From Octopus sinensis (Eukaryota), in NCBI RefSeq assembly GCF_006345805.1, contig NC_042999.1, positions 2,170,001 through 2,234,000 of the forward strand: 64,000 nt of DNA, read 5' to 3'. The first letter of the stretch is position 1, and each line of letters begins with the position of its first letter. Below are positions 27,111-40,196 of the stretch, in pieces. A program made the translations under genes and the position numbers. Under the pieces are notes generated by a model, which ran no database searches, had not been told where the DNA came from, and saw only the letters and a list, made by a program, of their open reading frames with translations.

Positions 27111-28368
27111 ATGGACGTACCTATAGATTGATGGACAAACAGAGTTAAATGGACGTACCTATAGATGGACACATGGACAGATGGATAGATGGACAAACAG
27201 ATGGTTGGGCAGATGGATGAACAGATGGGTAAATGGACAAATGGACAGACAGATGAATGGATGGATTAATGAACACTGACCACAGGGGAATAGGAACTCA
27301 GAATATAAGACAGAGAAAACGCCACTAAGAATTTTACCCAACATTCTAATATCTCTGTCAGCTTAGAGCTTATATTACAGTTGAATAATGACTGCAAATG
27401 TGAATTAAATAGTTTTCACCAGAGAATTGTGCAGTCGTATTTCAGCAATACCTTGGGTCATCTTACTTAATTGACATTAAAACAAGCAAGAAGTATTTGT
27501 TAATGCTACAATGAAGTATCAAAAACTTGAAACCATTTTTCATGGTGTTTGAGATAAGTGACAACTGACAAACAACCTGAAAATATTTTTATTATGCATT
27601 TTATTTTATTTTGTTTTTTTGTACACATGGAAAGTATTCATCTATCTATGAATAATATGCTGAGGATCTGAGTATTTAATATAGAAGTTAAAGTGTTGTA
27701 GTTTATTATGCAGCCTCACTACAAGTCCTAGTGGCTGTCCTTGCTCTGACTAAATTGTGTATATACAAGAGAATTTCTATAATGCCAGTGATAAAATTTG
27801 AACCTGTAACTTCCGCCTGACATACCAGTGCAGCCTGACTGGCTCCTGTGCCTGTGGCACATAGAAAGCATTTGAGCATGACCAATGCCAGTGTCACCTG
27901 ACTGGTACCCATGCTGGTGGCACATAAAAGGCACCATTCAAACATGGTCAATAACAGTGTCGCATGACTGGCAGTCATGCTGGTGGCACACAAAAAGCAC
28001 CATTTGAGCATGGTTGCTGACAGTGCTTCTTACATGCTACTGGCACAGGAGCCAGGCAGGGTGGGGTTTGGCATTGACCACATTTGGATGGTGCATTTTA
28101 TGTGCCACCAGCATGGAGAGTCAGTCAGGCGGCACTGGCGATGACCCACGCATGAATGGTGCTTATTGTGTGCCACCAGCATGGGAGACACGCATGCTGG
28201 TGGCACGTAAAGGAAAAAATAAAAGGATAAGGGCCATGACAAAATTTGAACTCAAAACATGAGGGACCAAAACGAAACTACCATAACTGTAAACCTCTTT
28301 TATTGTCACATTTCCTGGATGGAACAGTTTTCATCAAAGAGTAAATGAAATTAATATATTATACCAAT

Positions 28369-28602
28369 TAGGGTGGCAAGCTGGCAGAATCGTTAACATG
28401 CCAGGCGAAGTGCTTAGCGGTATTTCATCTACCATTAGTTTCTGAGTTCAAATTCCACCAAAGTCGACTTTGCCTTTTATTCTTTCGAGGTTGATAAATT
28501 AAGTACCAGTTACGCACTGGGGTTGATTTAACTGACTTAATCCCTTTGTCTGTCCTTGTTTGTCCCTTCTATGTTTAGCCCCCTGTGGGCAATAAAGAAA
28601 TA
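28369..28602 (+). mobile_element. tRNA-derived SINE family B (centre gcctttcatcctttcggggtcgataaattaagtaccagt, Meta-core-like)
   Basis: Head ggcaagctggcagaa...gagttcaaattcc and tail aagaaata. Degenerate + copies at about 1320-1570, 7625-7805 and 58820-59260. Confidence 0.85.
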
Positions 28603-30230
28603 AATATATTTTATCAATGATAATATTTGAACCTGGAACGAGACCAAGTCTAAAGGACCACAACTGCAAAACCGCTATTATAATGTTACATTTCCATGGA
28701 AGATTATAAAGTTTTAATTATTGGTAAAAAACAAAAAAAAAAATGAATAAAATAAATAAAGTAATGTACCTACAGTAGAATTTGAACTTATGACCTCTGG
28801 GACAAAAAGTGAAATAGCATAATTGCAAAATCTCTTTATAGTGTCACCATTCTATGGGTGAAACAGTTTACATCAAATTGTGAAATAAAATTAATGAAAT
28901 GATATACCAATGATATACCCATAACCTCAGGGACCAAAACTAAAATATAGCTTTGAAAATTTCCTTACTTTCACATTTACATGGATGAAGCAATTTTAAT
29001 CAAATAGTAAAAAAAGAAAAAAAAAACAAAAGAAAGAAGTAATATATTAGATCAATGATAGAATTTGAACCTATAACCTTCTGCATTGAAACTAAAATAC
29101 CACAGCCACAAAACTTTTTTTTGTCTTGATACATGCCCATTGAATGAAACAGAGTTGTCATCAAACTCAGAAATGATACATTTGTCATAATGGGATTTTT
29201 TTATATCAGAAAAAAAAAAAATGTCTAAACACGAAAAACTCTTTCATCAAAAAAAAAAAAAAATAATAATAATAATAATAAACCCTAACAAAAAATAAAC
29301 AACAAAACCATATCAATTGCAGATAAGGTCAAAATTAACATTAATTATAAACACGGTGCCTGTGAAATATTTTGCGCAAAATGCACTTCTGTTATGCCAC
29401 TTTATGACAACTAACGACTAACACACAACAAAAACTACAAAAGAAAAAGAAAGAAGAAACCGACAGTTTTTGACAAAATGGATAGGAAGTGTAAAAAAAT
29501 ATATACAGTTTCTAACAAAAGAACAAAGGAAAAAAATAATTACGATAAACTGAATAGTCAATATTTTTATATTATCCTCACCATCATCATTATTATTATT
29601 ATTATTATTATTATTTTTTTTTTTGTTATTATTATTATTATTATTATCATTATTATTATTATTATTATTATTACTAGTATTATTTTTACTATTATTATTT
29701 TTATTATTATTGTCTTTGTTGTTGTTGTCTTCCATAGACCTAGTACAGAAGCATTATCTTCTGTGATGATGGTAATGGTGGTACTGGGTATATAAGAGTA
29801 CTCAGTCAGCTGTGATTAGGGAGGACAATGCATGCAAGAAGAACGGTATACAGTGTGCTTAGAATCTGGGAAATAAGGCAATATATAATAACAAAACGGC
29901 ATGAATAGAGATTTGAATAAGTCTTTGTGATAGATGGAAAAACACATCACACACAAACAAACACATAGGCACACGCATGCACACGCATACATATTTGCAT
30001 ATGATTTCGTAATCACACCCACACAAACGTATACGTATGCATATGAATTACAAAAACGTATATATGTATATGTATATATGTGTAAATGTATATATGTGTA
30101 AATGTATATATGTGTAAATGTATATATGTGGTTTTTGTGACTGGTTTTCAACAATGTAAATGAAAACGAAATCTGTTATAAAGAAGCCTTTTCTTCTTTC
30201 CTTTTGAATAAAAAGCTACAAATGTGATAA

Positions 30231-30271
<41 letters not shown>

Positions 30272-30393
30272 CATATATATGTATGTATGTATATATATAT
30301 ATATGCATGTGTATGTAAATATGCATATATATATGTACATATATGTATATATATGTATGTATTTATATATATATATATGTATATATACGTATG

Positions 30394-30437
<44 letters not shown>

Positions 30438-30542
30438 ATATGTATGTATGTGTGTGTATGTGTATTTATATATGCATATATATATATACATATATATATA
30501 TCTATATATATATGTATGTGTATATATGTATGTATGTATATA

Positions 30543-30573
<31 letters not shown>

Positions 30574-30949
30574 CATACATAAATACATATATACACATAT
30601 ATATAGATATATCTGTGTTTATATAGGTGTGGGTGGGTGTGTGGGATGAAACTCATATATTACCATACTTCATGGCTGGATTGATTGATGGAATTACCAA
30701 AAACCGTTCTCTACTGAAAGGGCCACAAATCTCATAAAAGCCATTCTGTATAGATATAGTAGAATTGAAGAATTTTAGTCTTTAACAGTAATATTATATA
30801 AATGACAAAAACAGTGGTAGTCACACCATAGCAACAAAAGGGAATGAAATATAATGTTGTCGTATAACACAGTAATAGCAATGAAATTGCTACCAATGAA
30901 AATGAAGCAAGCTGTGATGTGGTAATACTTGGTGTTGGATAATCGTTTC

Positions 30950-31385
30950 TGCTATAGGTAGAAGGCCTGAAATTTTGAGGGAGGAAATGAGTCGATTACA
31001 TCGATACTAATGTGTAACTGGTACTTCATTTATTGACCCCGAAAGGATGAAAGGTAAAAATCGACCCAGGTGGTATTTGAACTCAGAACACGAAGACAGA
31101 TAAAATATCTATTTCTTTACTACCCACAAAGGGCTAAACACAGAGAGGACAAACAAGGACAGACAAACGGATTAAGTCGATTATATCGACCCCAGTGCGT
31201 AACTGGTACTTATTTAATCGACCCCAGTGCATAACTGCTACTTATTTAATCGACCCCGAAAGGATGAAAGGCAGAGTCGACCTCAGTGAAATTTTAAATC
31301 AGAACTTAGATGAAATAAGACAGATGAAATACCGTTAAGCATTTCATCCAGCATGCTAACGATTCTGCCAGTTCACTACCTTACT
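30950..31385 (-). mobile_element. Cluster of SINE family B copies
   Basis: Two adjacent - copies, one with an internal duplication. Further - copies at 16740-16960, 46997-47224, 53797-54020 and 56688-56923. Confidence 0.85.
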
Positions 31386-31759
31386 TGGTGTTGGTTAATA
31401 ATAATGGTTTTTGGTGCCTATCTTTTTGATCCCCAAAATAACGAAAGGCAAAATAGTGGAATTTGAACACAGAACATAAACAGCTGGATGAAATAATGCA
31501 AACATTTTGCATGATGTAGTAACAATTCTACCAGCTGACCATTTTAGTGGTTTTGAATTCTGGCATAAGGCTAACTGTTGTAAGTGGAGGTGGGGAAGTC
31601 AATTCTGTTGACCCTAGTACTCAACTGGTACATAATTTAATGACCATCAAAAGATGAAAATCAAAACTGATCTCAGCTGGATTTGAAGCCAGAACATAAA
31701 GAATTAGAAGAGGTGATGTTAAGAATTTTTCTGCCATAATAATAATAATAATAATAATT

Positions 31760-34620
31760 GTGTACAGTGCTCAGGTGCACTACAACTCATCTAAAGTGTA
31801 TATATAATCAGGTGTAGTTTCGGCGGATTCGGAAAGCATGAGGGCCTTAAAAGATGCAGTGTCATGGCAAGTCAACAACTGACGCAGGAAGTTTATTCCA
31901 TGCTTCAGCACTCTGAGCGTGTGAAAAAATGTTTCCGAAAGTCATGGGAGGTATTGTTTTTTCTGACTTTGTAGGCATGTCCACGTGTGTAGACACACAT
32001 GGAGATCAAAAAGGTGTCAGTGTTGTTGTGTGTTGGTTGTGTGGTGGTTGATAACTTTGTGGGTGTTTACCAAGTCCCGTCGCCAAACGCCGGAGCTTCA
32101 GTGAATCCATGCCCAGGGAAACAAGGCGCTCAGAATATGGTAGGTGTTCTGATGGAGGGTATGCGTTTGGTTGCACGTCTCTGGACAGATTCCAGGAGGT
32201 CAATGTTCTGTGCAAGATAGGGGTTCCAAACTGATGATGCGAATTCAAGTGTGGTCGTACCATAGCTGTATACAGCAGTTTTAAATAGATGGCTGGAGAG
32301 CGGCTAACAAAAGACTGCTGAGTGATGCCAAGACACCCTCGGCCTTCCTGACAATCTTAGAGATATGCTTTGACCAACGCAAATCACTGCTGACAGTGAT
32401 GCCTAGGTCACGCTCGCAAGAGGATTTCTTGATATCAGTGTTGTGGAGGAGGGAGTATGTGAACGCAGGGTTTTTTCTCCCAAAATGCATGGTGGGTACA
32501 CTTGTCCACAGCCAGTTTCAGTTGCCAGTCTGTGATCCATTGCTGCATTGTGTCTAGGTCTGATTGCAGGAAAGAGTTGTAGACATCAGGATCTGTCCTC
32601 TTGATTCAAGGTACAGCTTGATGTCGTCTGCATATTTCAATACTGTGGCATTCTTTAAATTGGCATCTATGTCGTAATGTATGCCACAAACAAGAGGGGA
32701 CCAAGGACAGATCCCTGTGGTACACCCGATGACATCTCATATGGTGTAGAGTGCTGTCCTAGAACTGTGACTACCTCCTTCCGGCTGAGGATGAAGGATT
32801 TCACCAGTTAAAAAAGGTCATCCCCCACACCATTGCAGAGAGTTTCACCATAAGCCTTTGTGTGGCACAGAGTTGAAAGCCTTAGCAAAGTCAAGGTAGA
32901 CAACATCACCCATGAGCCACTGCGTAGTAATCTGAGTAATGTCCTCAAGGAACTCGACAAGCTGGTCACTGCAGCTGGAGTTAGGGACAAATCCATATTG
33001 TGAGGGTCGGATGAGACTGTGAGAGCTCCAGAAGTTCCAGAGTGTTTCTCTGACACACGATTCCATCAGTTTTGCAATACAGCTAGTAGTGAGACTGGAC
33101 TGGACGATAGTTGACAGGTGATGTGCGGTCGCCCTTTTGAACAGAGGAATGACACTGGCAGTTTTCCACTGCTCCGGAGTAGTAGCACATGTTGAGACAT
33201 AGAGTACTGGAAGAAAATAGAAAGCTGGTGAAAAGGAAGTGCCTGCCACGTTTGAGAAGCAAGGTATGTAACTCCATCGAGACCAGGGGAGGCATAGTTG
33301 CGCTTATTTTGAAGGTGACGTCGCAGCATTGCAGGTGTAAATTCCATAGTTGTTATGGAGTTTGCTGTTAGTGATGGGTGAAGATGAAGATGGTATTTTG
33401 ACTTTCAACAGTGAATATGTTTGCATAGCACTCGGCAATGAGTTCTGCGCATTCCTTGGGGTCGTCAGTGATCTGGTTTGTGTGAGGGTTGCGAAGAGGG
33501 CCCACTGAGAGAGTGAGGTCTCTGCTTGAGTGCACATATTTCCAGAAAACCTTGCTGTCAGGATTGGCTGCTATGCACTGTTCAAATTCAAGCACTGCTT
33601 TTTTTGTCACTTGCTTGAGATGGTTGGAGGATTTATTCCGCTTCTCCTGTTGGTGTCTGATTTATGCAACCTGTATTCCCGTTCAGCAGTCCGACGTTCC
33701 TCCTGGCAAGTCGGACCGCTGAAGTTTCCCAAATTGCCCTTTTGGGGCGGTTCTTCTTTTTTTGTTTACGTGGCACTGATGCTGCACATGCTGCCCATAT
33801 TGAGTCCAGGATACTCTGGAGTATAGTATTCACATCTCCAGAGTTGTAGAATTCACGCCAGTTTGGGTGCTGTAGTTCAGTGTGGTACAGGTTCCAATCT
33901 GCTCTCTTCCAATCGAAGGAAGCAGATTGGAGATGGTTCAGGTTTTGTTGCCCGCAAGAGCCAGATTGGCGATGATCATAGCATGATCAGAGTCACCTAG
34001 AGGTTCCTCCGTAGTGCAATTGATAACCGCTTCAGGAGTTGTGGTGGTGAAGAGCAGGTCAAGGTGTTGTCGCCTCTTGTTGGAGAGGTGACTACTTGTG
34101 ACCAGTTTGAGTCCAGCACAAGCTCAACAAAATCGTTTGCACTCTGTGGCCAATGGAAGGTCTCCCAATCGATCTCAGGATGATTGAAATCGCCTGCAAT
34201 AAACACATAAGTGGCTGTTTCCTGGCAGCAGCTCGGAGGACATTGCAAAGCTGTGTGTGTCCCGATGGTAACTTGGGGACGATACGATAAACAACGCCAA
34301 GCAGGAGTGTTGACATGGTCATACGCACGTCAAGAAAAAAAACTTCTTCTTGTGATTCGTTCAAATCGGCACAAGGATTACCAAAAAATTTGAACGAACG
34401 TAGACCATCACACCACCACCACGGCGGTTAGTGCGGTCCTTACGGAAGAGGTTGTACCCCGTAATGTTGAAAACCCCATCACAGAGTAAGGAATGCGCCC
34501 ATGTTTCCGTGACAGTGATGAAGTCAGGGTCAACACTTCTGACGTAGGCGTTGAACAAATGTATTTTGTTGCATAAACTGCGAGCATTTAAGGACAACAA
34601 TTTGTACCCTGCTCGCAGTT
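31760..34620 (-). mobile_element. CR1/Jockey-group LINE, near-complete ORF2 (APE endonuclease plus RT), frameshifted
   Basis: SLNARSL...TETW...RKDR...GGGV (APE), YLDFAKAF, GVPQGSVLGP and ADDIKL (RT), and an (ATT)n 3' tail near 31735-31760. Confidence 0.92.
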
Positions 34621-34858
34621 TATGATGGTGTGTAGAGGATGGCAGGTTGTTCTGGCTTAGTTTCCCTGAGTTGCTGTAGTCTTTTTAGTTATTGTGGGTA
34701 GAGAGCACTCAGACCAGCTGGTATCTCTCTATGTTAATTCAATAGTAATAAATCCCTTTGTAGATATGTGTGAGGGTGAATTTATTTTTAACTAGTTAAT
34801 CAGGGGAATGAGGGAGACATTGTCTGTAATCATAGCTGACCATCTCAAACATATTAAA

Positions 34859-34894
<36 letters not shown>

Positions 34895-36499
34895 TATAGT
34901 ACATAGTATGTATGTATGTATGAGAGTATGAATCTATCTATATATCTATATATATATATATATATATATGTTATATATATATATATATATATATATATCT
35001 ATATATTTATTATATATATATTTATGTGTTTGTGTATATGTGTGTATATATGTATATATGTGTATATATAAATATGTACATATATAGATGAAACTTACTT
35101 GGAAAGGGGTGCATGGCGTTCGATCATATAATAGTATAGATAATATATAAATATATGCATATATACACACATATATGTACATACCTACATATATATATGT
35201 ATATATACATGCATATATGGGTACAGGACATAAAAAAAACGTAGACAGAATGAGAAATGAGAACATAAAAACAAAAAAAAAACATATAAAATAAACTTTT
35301 TCGAACAACGACAGAAACAAGCAATATTCCGCTTCATCAGTTGTCCCCTGTTTTTTCTACTCTGCATTTCGGAGGTAAAGACAAGATGCAACTTCATTGT
35401 AACAGTCCTTCCCGCAAAGCAAATTAAATAAAATTTGGGATTTTTTGCAGAGGATGAAAGTAGTAACAAAAATAAGACAGTGAAAACAAAACAATAAAAA
35501 CAAATGGTGAGGGCTGTTAAGCACCAAGATGATGTGAAGTGGTGAACGTTGGATACATACATACATACATACATACATATATGTATGTATAGGGACTCCA
35601 AGAGATGAATAACAAAAATATCTTCTCATCCACATGGTCATACACAAACCAAAAACAATAATAGGATAACATTCATAATTCTATAACTAAAGTGAAAATC
35701 TATGTAATGTATGAGTCAATGGTTGCCATGGAACCCAAACCTGGAGACTTTGATACATTAGACTTAGACCCTCAATAGACAGAAATATAAAACATAATAT
35801 CAATATATTGAAATATCTAAGGATAAGGGTCTGATAAACGTATATGATTAGGCCTTTAAATTCAATAGAAGGCTGATTTAAATATATGTGGTTCCACTAT
35901 TGATTGCAGCTATATTACAAGGGAGATAACCATGTGATCATAATTTAATGGAGGATTAAAAATTTGAGATTGAAATTAAGGAAATTTTAATAAATATGCA
36001 TAGAATTTGGATATTTAAACTTTTTTTATCTACTTCATGCAGAGCTTAAAAATTTACTAGTCATTTGTAATTACCTGTAGCATTATTTCATTCATTTTTT
36101 TTTTTTAATCTTCAGCTTTCATAATCTGCGATTTATTATTTAAGCGTTTTATGAAAAGATGCATTTCATTAAAGATGGAGGAAATTAATGGGATCTGTTT
36201 TCTTTCTTCATAAACAGTTAGTAGGTTAGATTGCAGCAGAATAACCTTCCATATGCTTTTCTGCTGCATCCTGCCATTAGTGAAGTTAGGCAGGTCAGAT
36301 ATATTTTACCACTTTTTTTTGTAACAGAGATTTGAAACTGAATCCCTGGATCCATGGTTAAACATCATGAGCAAACCACCATAGTTACATGTGACCGGTC
36401 AATCAAACTGGCCAATCAATGTGAAGTGATGGCATGGACCGGTTTCTCAACATTTTTGAATTTGACTTTCAGTTCTTTATAAAAACCATTCAGCAATCA

Positions 36500-36912
36500 G
36501 GCGCAGGAGTGGCTGTGTGGTTAGTAGCTTGCTTACCAACCACATGGTTCTCGGTTCATTCCCACTGCGTGGCACCTAGGGCAAGTGTCTTCTACTATAG
36601 CCTTGGGCCGACCAAAGCCTTGTGAGTGGGTTTGGTAGACGGAAACTGAAAATAGCCAGTCGTATATATGTATATATACATATATTTATGAGTGTGTATA
36701 TGTTTGTGTGTCTGTGTTTGTCCCCCCCCCCAACATCGCTTTACAACCGAAGGTGTGTTTACATCCCCGTAACTTAGCGGTGCGGCAAAAGAAGCCGATA
36801 GAATAAGTACTGGGTTTACAAAGAATAAGTTCTGGGTTTGATTTTCTCGACTAAAGGTGGTGCTCCAGCATGGCCACAGTCAAATGACTGAGACAAGTAA
36901 AAGAGTAAAAGA
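36500..36912 (+). mobile_element. SINE family A, full length
   Basis: Complete head, core, microsatellite spacer and tail ending (agtaaaag)n. Confidence 0.9.
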
Positions 36913-37133
36913 GTAATCGCTTTTACCAGGAAGACGTCTAAGGCAGATGGCACAAATAGATGACAGAAACCTCTGTCACCACAAATATAGCAAAATTGTT
37001 TTGGACAAGCTCCATGCTACTATACCATTAACTTGCCATAAACTCCAAGCAGTACCTCTCTCCCAGTATGTGGTTAATGGTGCAGTTATCTGTGAAAGAC
37101 CAATGCAGTTTGAACATTTCACAGATTGTTTTA

Positions 37134-37530
37134 TCTATGATATAAATTGGACATGGGTGATTGTGGTATTCTTTCTTGTCTTGAGGTTCACAGCTGGGTG
37201 GATTTGCGTGAAAAATGGCACCCATGTGGAGATGGATGCATAGATTGGAATGCAATTTGTATTTTTTTCCTAGCCCCCATACTTACCGAGAAAATCGATT
37301 AAAACTTTTTCTAATGGAATTCCCCTCTTTCTTCAGCCATTAAAACAACCAGTTGCTTAGGAGCTGTTTTCTGACGGAATGGGGCCAGGAAATTTTCATA
37401 CTGCTGGAGGCAATCAAAACAGGGGACCCAAAATGATAAGGTTGAGAAACGCATTTAGATTATGCCTAACCAAAAACAATCATAGCCACATCATCCAAAC
37501 AGACCGGGTGAAACCGGGGTTAGCTGCTAA
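37134..37530 (+). mobile_element. Non-autonomous Helitron, same family as 6911-7312, opposite orientation
   Basis: A|TCTATG start, hairpin (a)ccgg-gtgaaa-ccgg(g), CTAA|T end. Colinear similarity to the 6911-7312 copy. Confidence 0.8.
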
Positions 37531-37598
37531 TCACATATAAATGCAATAAAAAACCTCTTAAATGTTCATGGGTGTTGTTCACTTACTTCTACACACAG

Positions 37599-37694
37599 GC
37601 CAAAAAACATTTTCCTTCATCAACTCAACCAGTCACCATCAAAGGCCGTCCATTTGTGCAACCATCAGGCTGGAACACTCTTGTCCATTACTAG
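37599..37694 (+). CDS. Probable terminal coding exon (AKKHFPSSTQPVTIKGRPFVQPSGWNTLVHY*)
   Basis: Acceptor cacttacttctacacacag, phase 0, non-repetitive protein-like frame ending in TAG, with AATAAA about 85 nt downstream. Confidence 0.68.
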   Translation, partial: AKKHFPSSTQPVTIKGRPFVQPSGWNTLVHY

Positions 37695-37776
37695 CATAGC
37701 TTGGATCAGAGCAAGCTACGTTTTCTTCAGAAATTTTCATAAGGAGTGGTGGATCTAGAAGATATTTTTCATGCAC

Positions 37777-37786
37777 AATAAATAAA
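37777..37786 (+). promoter_or_regulatory. Overlapping AATAAA polyadenylation signals
   Basis: aataaataaa downstream of the TAG at 37692-37694. Common by chance in AT-rich DNA. Confidence 0.35.
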
Positions 37787-38332
37787 AGAACAAATATCTG
37801 AATTTTGGTAACAAAGAAAAAAATTAGAAAAAAATTCTGGAGACTTTCAGTTAACCTCGAAGAAGTATAATATTAACTGCAGAAGAAGTACACTTTAAAT
37901 TATAGCAATTTCATTTCATGTTTGCTAAAATATTTTACCAAACACTGTACCATATCAAATATTTAGAATTTCATTACATAAATCAACATTCGTGTGTGAA
38001 ATAAAAGCCTCATATCTTTTCTTGTTTATTTACTTTGTAAAAATGTGATTGCAACAACAAAAAAAAAAAAATAATAATAATAAAAGATAAGCAAGCAAAT
38101 AAATATATAAATGACCTAAAAGAAAATTAAATAAAATATCTGGATAAAAATTGATTTGAAAATAAAAACATCTGAACAATGAAAAAAAATATACAAAATC
38201 TGAAAGTGATCTATAAAACATGATATCATTATGATTTCTTGTGTGTATGTGTGTGTGTGTGTGTATGTATGTATATATATATATATATATATGTATACAC
38301 ATACACAAAGACATATACAAACATATATATAC

Positions 38333-38377
<45 letters not shown>

Positions 38378-38612
38378 GCATATATATATATATATATATA
38401 TACACACATGCATATATATATATATATACATATATACATAAGCATATGCATATGCATACATATACATGTATGCTTGCACATATACATATATATGTTTGTA
38501 AGAAGGCATGTAGGTGAATGTATGATTATAAGATACATGAACTCATGGTTATTTACATATGTGAATGAATATATATAAGAAACTTTATTTTACTTCTTGT
38601 ATATACATACAA

Positions 38613-38660
<48 letters not shown>

Positions 38661-39198
38661 ACCAGTAGTAGCATGATATATTTCAAGAATATAATTTTTT
38701 TCCAAATTGACAGGTAGGTTTCATTAATAATTTCATTTTTTAGCACTCTTAGCTTTTAGACACTTTATCTATTTACATATTATTTACATTGGTCTATTTA
38801 TTCCTCATAAACATAGCCACATATATGTATGCATGCTAGGCTATGCATGTGGGAAAGTATGTATACATATACATGCATATATATTTGTGTGTGTGTAACA
38901 ATTCATATATATATACATGTACGTGTGTGTATATGAAAGACGACATAGCAATTTACATATTTGATATGTGTATACTTATCTACATATGCATTCATATACA
39001 CACACACACACACACATATATATATGCATGATTCTCCATGTCTAGATATGATTTATGTACATATATGAACATACATAAAGGCATATACATACATATATGT
39101 ATATATATGCATATATATACACACATATATAAATATGTATGCATATATATATACACATAATTATGCATGCATATATACACATATATAAAGATGTACAC

Positions 39199-39234
<36 letters not shown>

Positions 39235-40165
39235 GCATGCATATATCTATATATACATCTTTTATCAGTTTCCTTTTTCTTGATTCAGTTACTAGACTGC
39301 GGCCATGTTCAGGTACCACCATACAGGCACACAGACACATACATATACACATAAAAACAATCACATATATAAATACATATATACCTTTGTCCATATGTAT
39401 GTATATGTGTTTGTTGCTGTTTGTATATGATGATATATATATATATATATATATACATATATGTTACATGTACATACAAGTAAAAATAAAATATTTATAC
39501 ACACACAAACACACACAGAAACACACACTTATGCACACACAATCACATACACACACACATGCATGCACACAGGCACACATACACACACACACACACACAC
39601 ACATTTATTATGTAAAAATATGATGTATGCATCGACACTCATTTGACAATAAATGTTTAGTTATTCCATCAAGTACACCATTTGGTCATTGATATTTAAC
39701 ATAAGTGGCAGAATATACCATGGACGGGTGGAATTTTCATTGGCTTCAGGCAGAATCAGCTCAACACCATATGTTTCAAGACTGACCCTTTTGAATTACT
39801 GGTACAATCCATCCATCAGGCTTCCCCACACACTCCCTCTATCCAGTTTGCTCTCTTAACATGGGATCGATGTGAGGGTGTTATGTATTTGCCTTTAGTT
39901 GTAGACAGGATGTAAATTGATCACCGAACCGGATGAAGAGAACGTAAAGTCTGTATCCTTCCAGCTATACTTGCTTCTATATTAGTGTATTTATATGAAC
40001 TGAAATATACACACACACATACGCACATACACACATGCATATACACACACTCATACATGTAAACCATATAAATTTCCAATTCCTATAAAAAATAACATGA
40101 ATATTTATAATTTCTCTCTCACTCTCTCTTTCCCTCTCCCTCCCTCCTCTCTCTCTCTGTATATG

Positions 40166-40196
<31 letters not shown>

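Noticed and set aside
39760-39835. Antisense CTGATGG...GAAAC motif
   Set aside because: A9 is changed and there is no valid NUH site or stem I. It is too degenerate to call.
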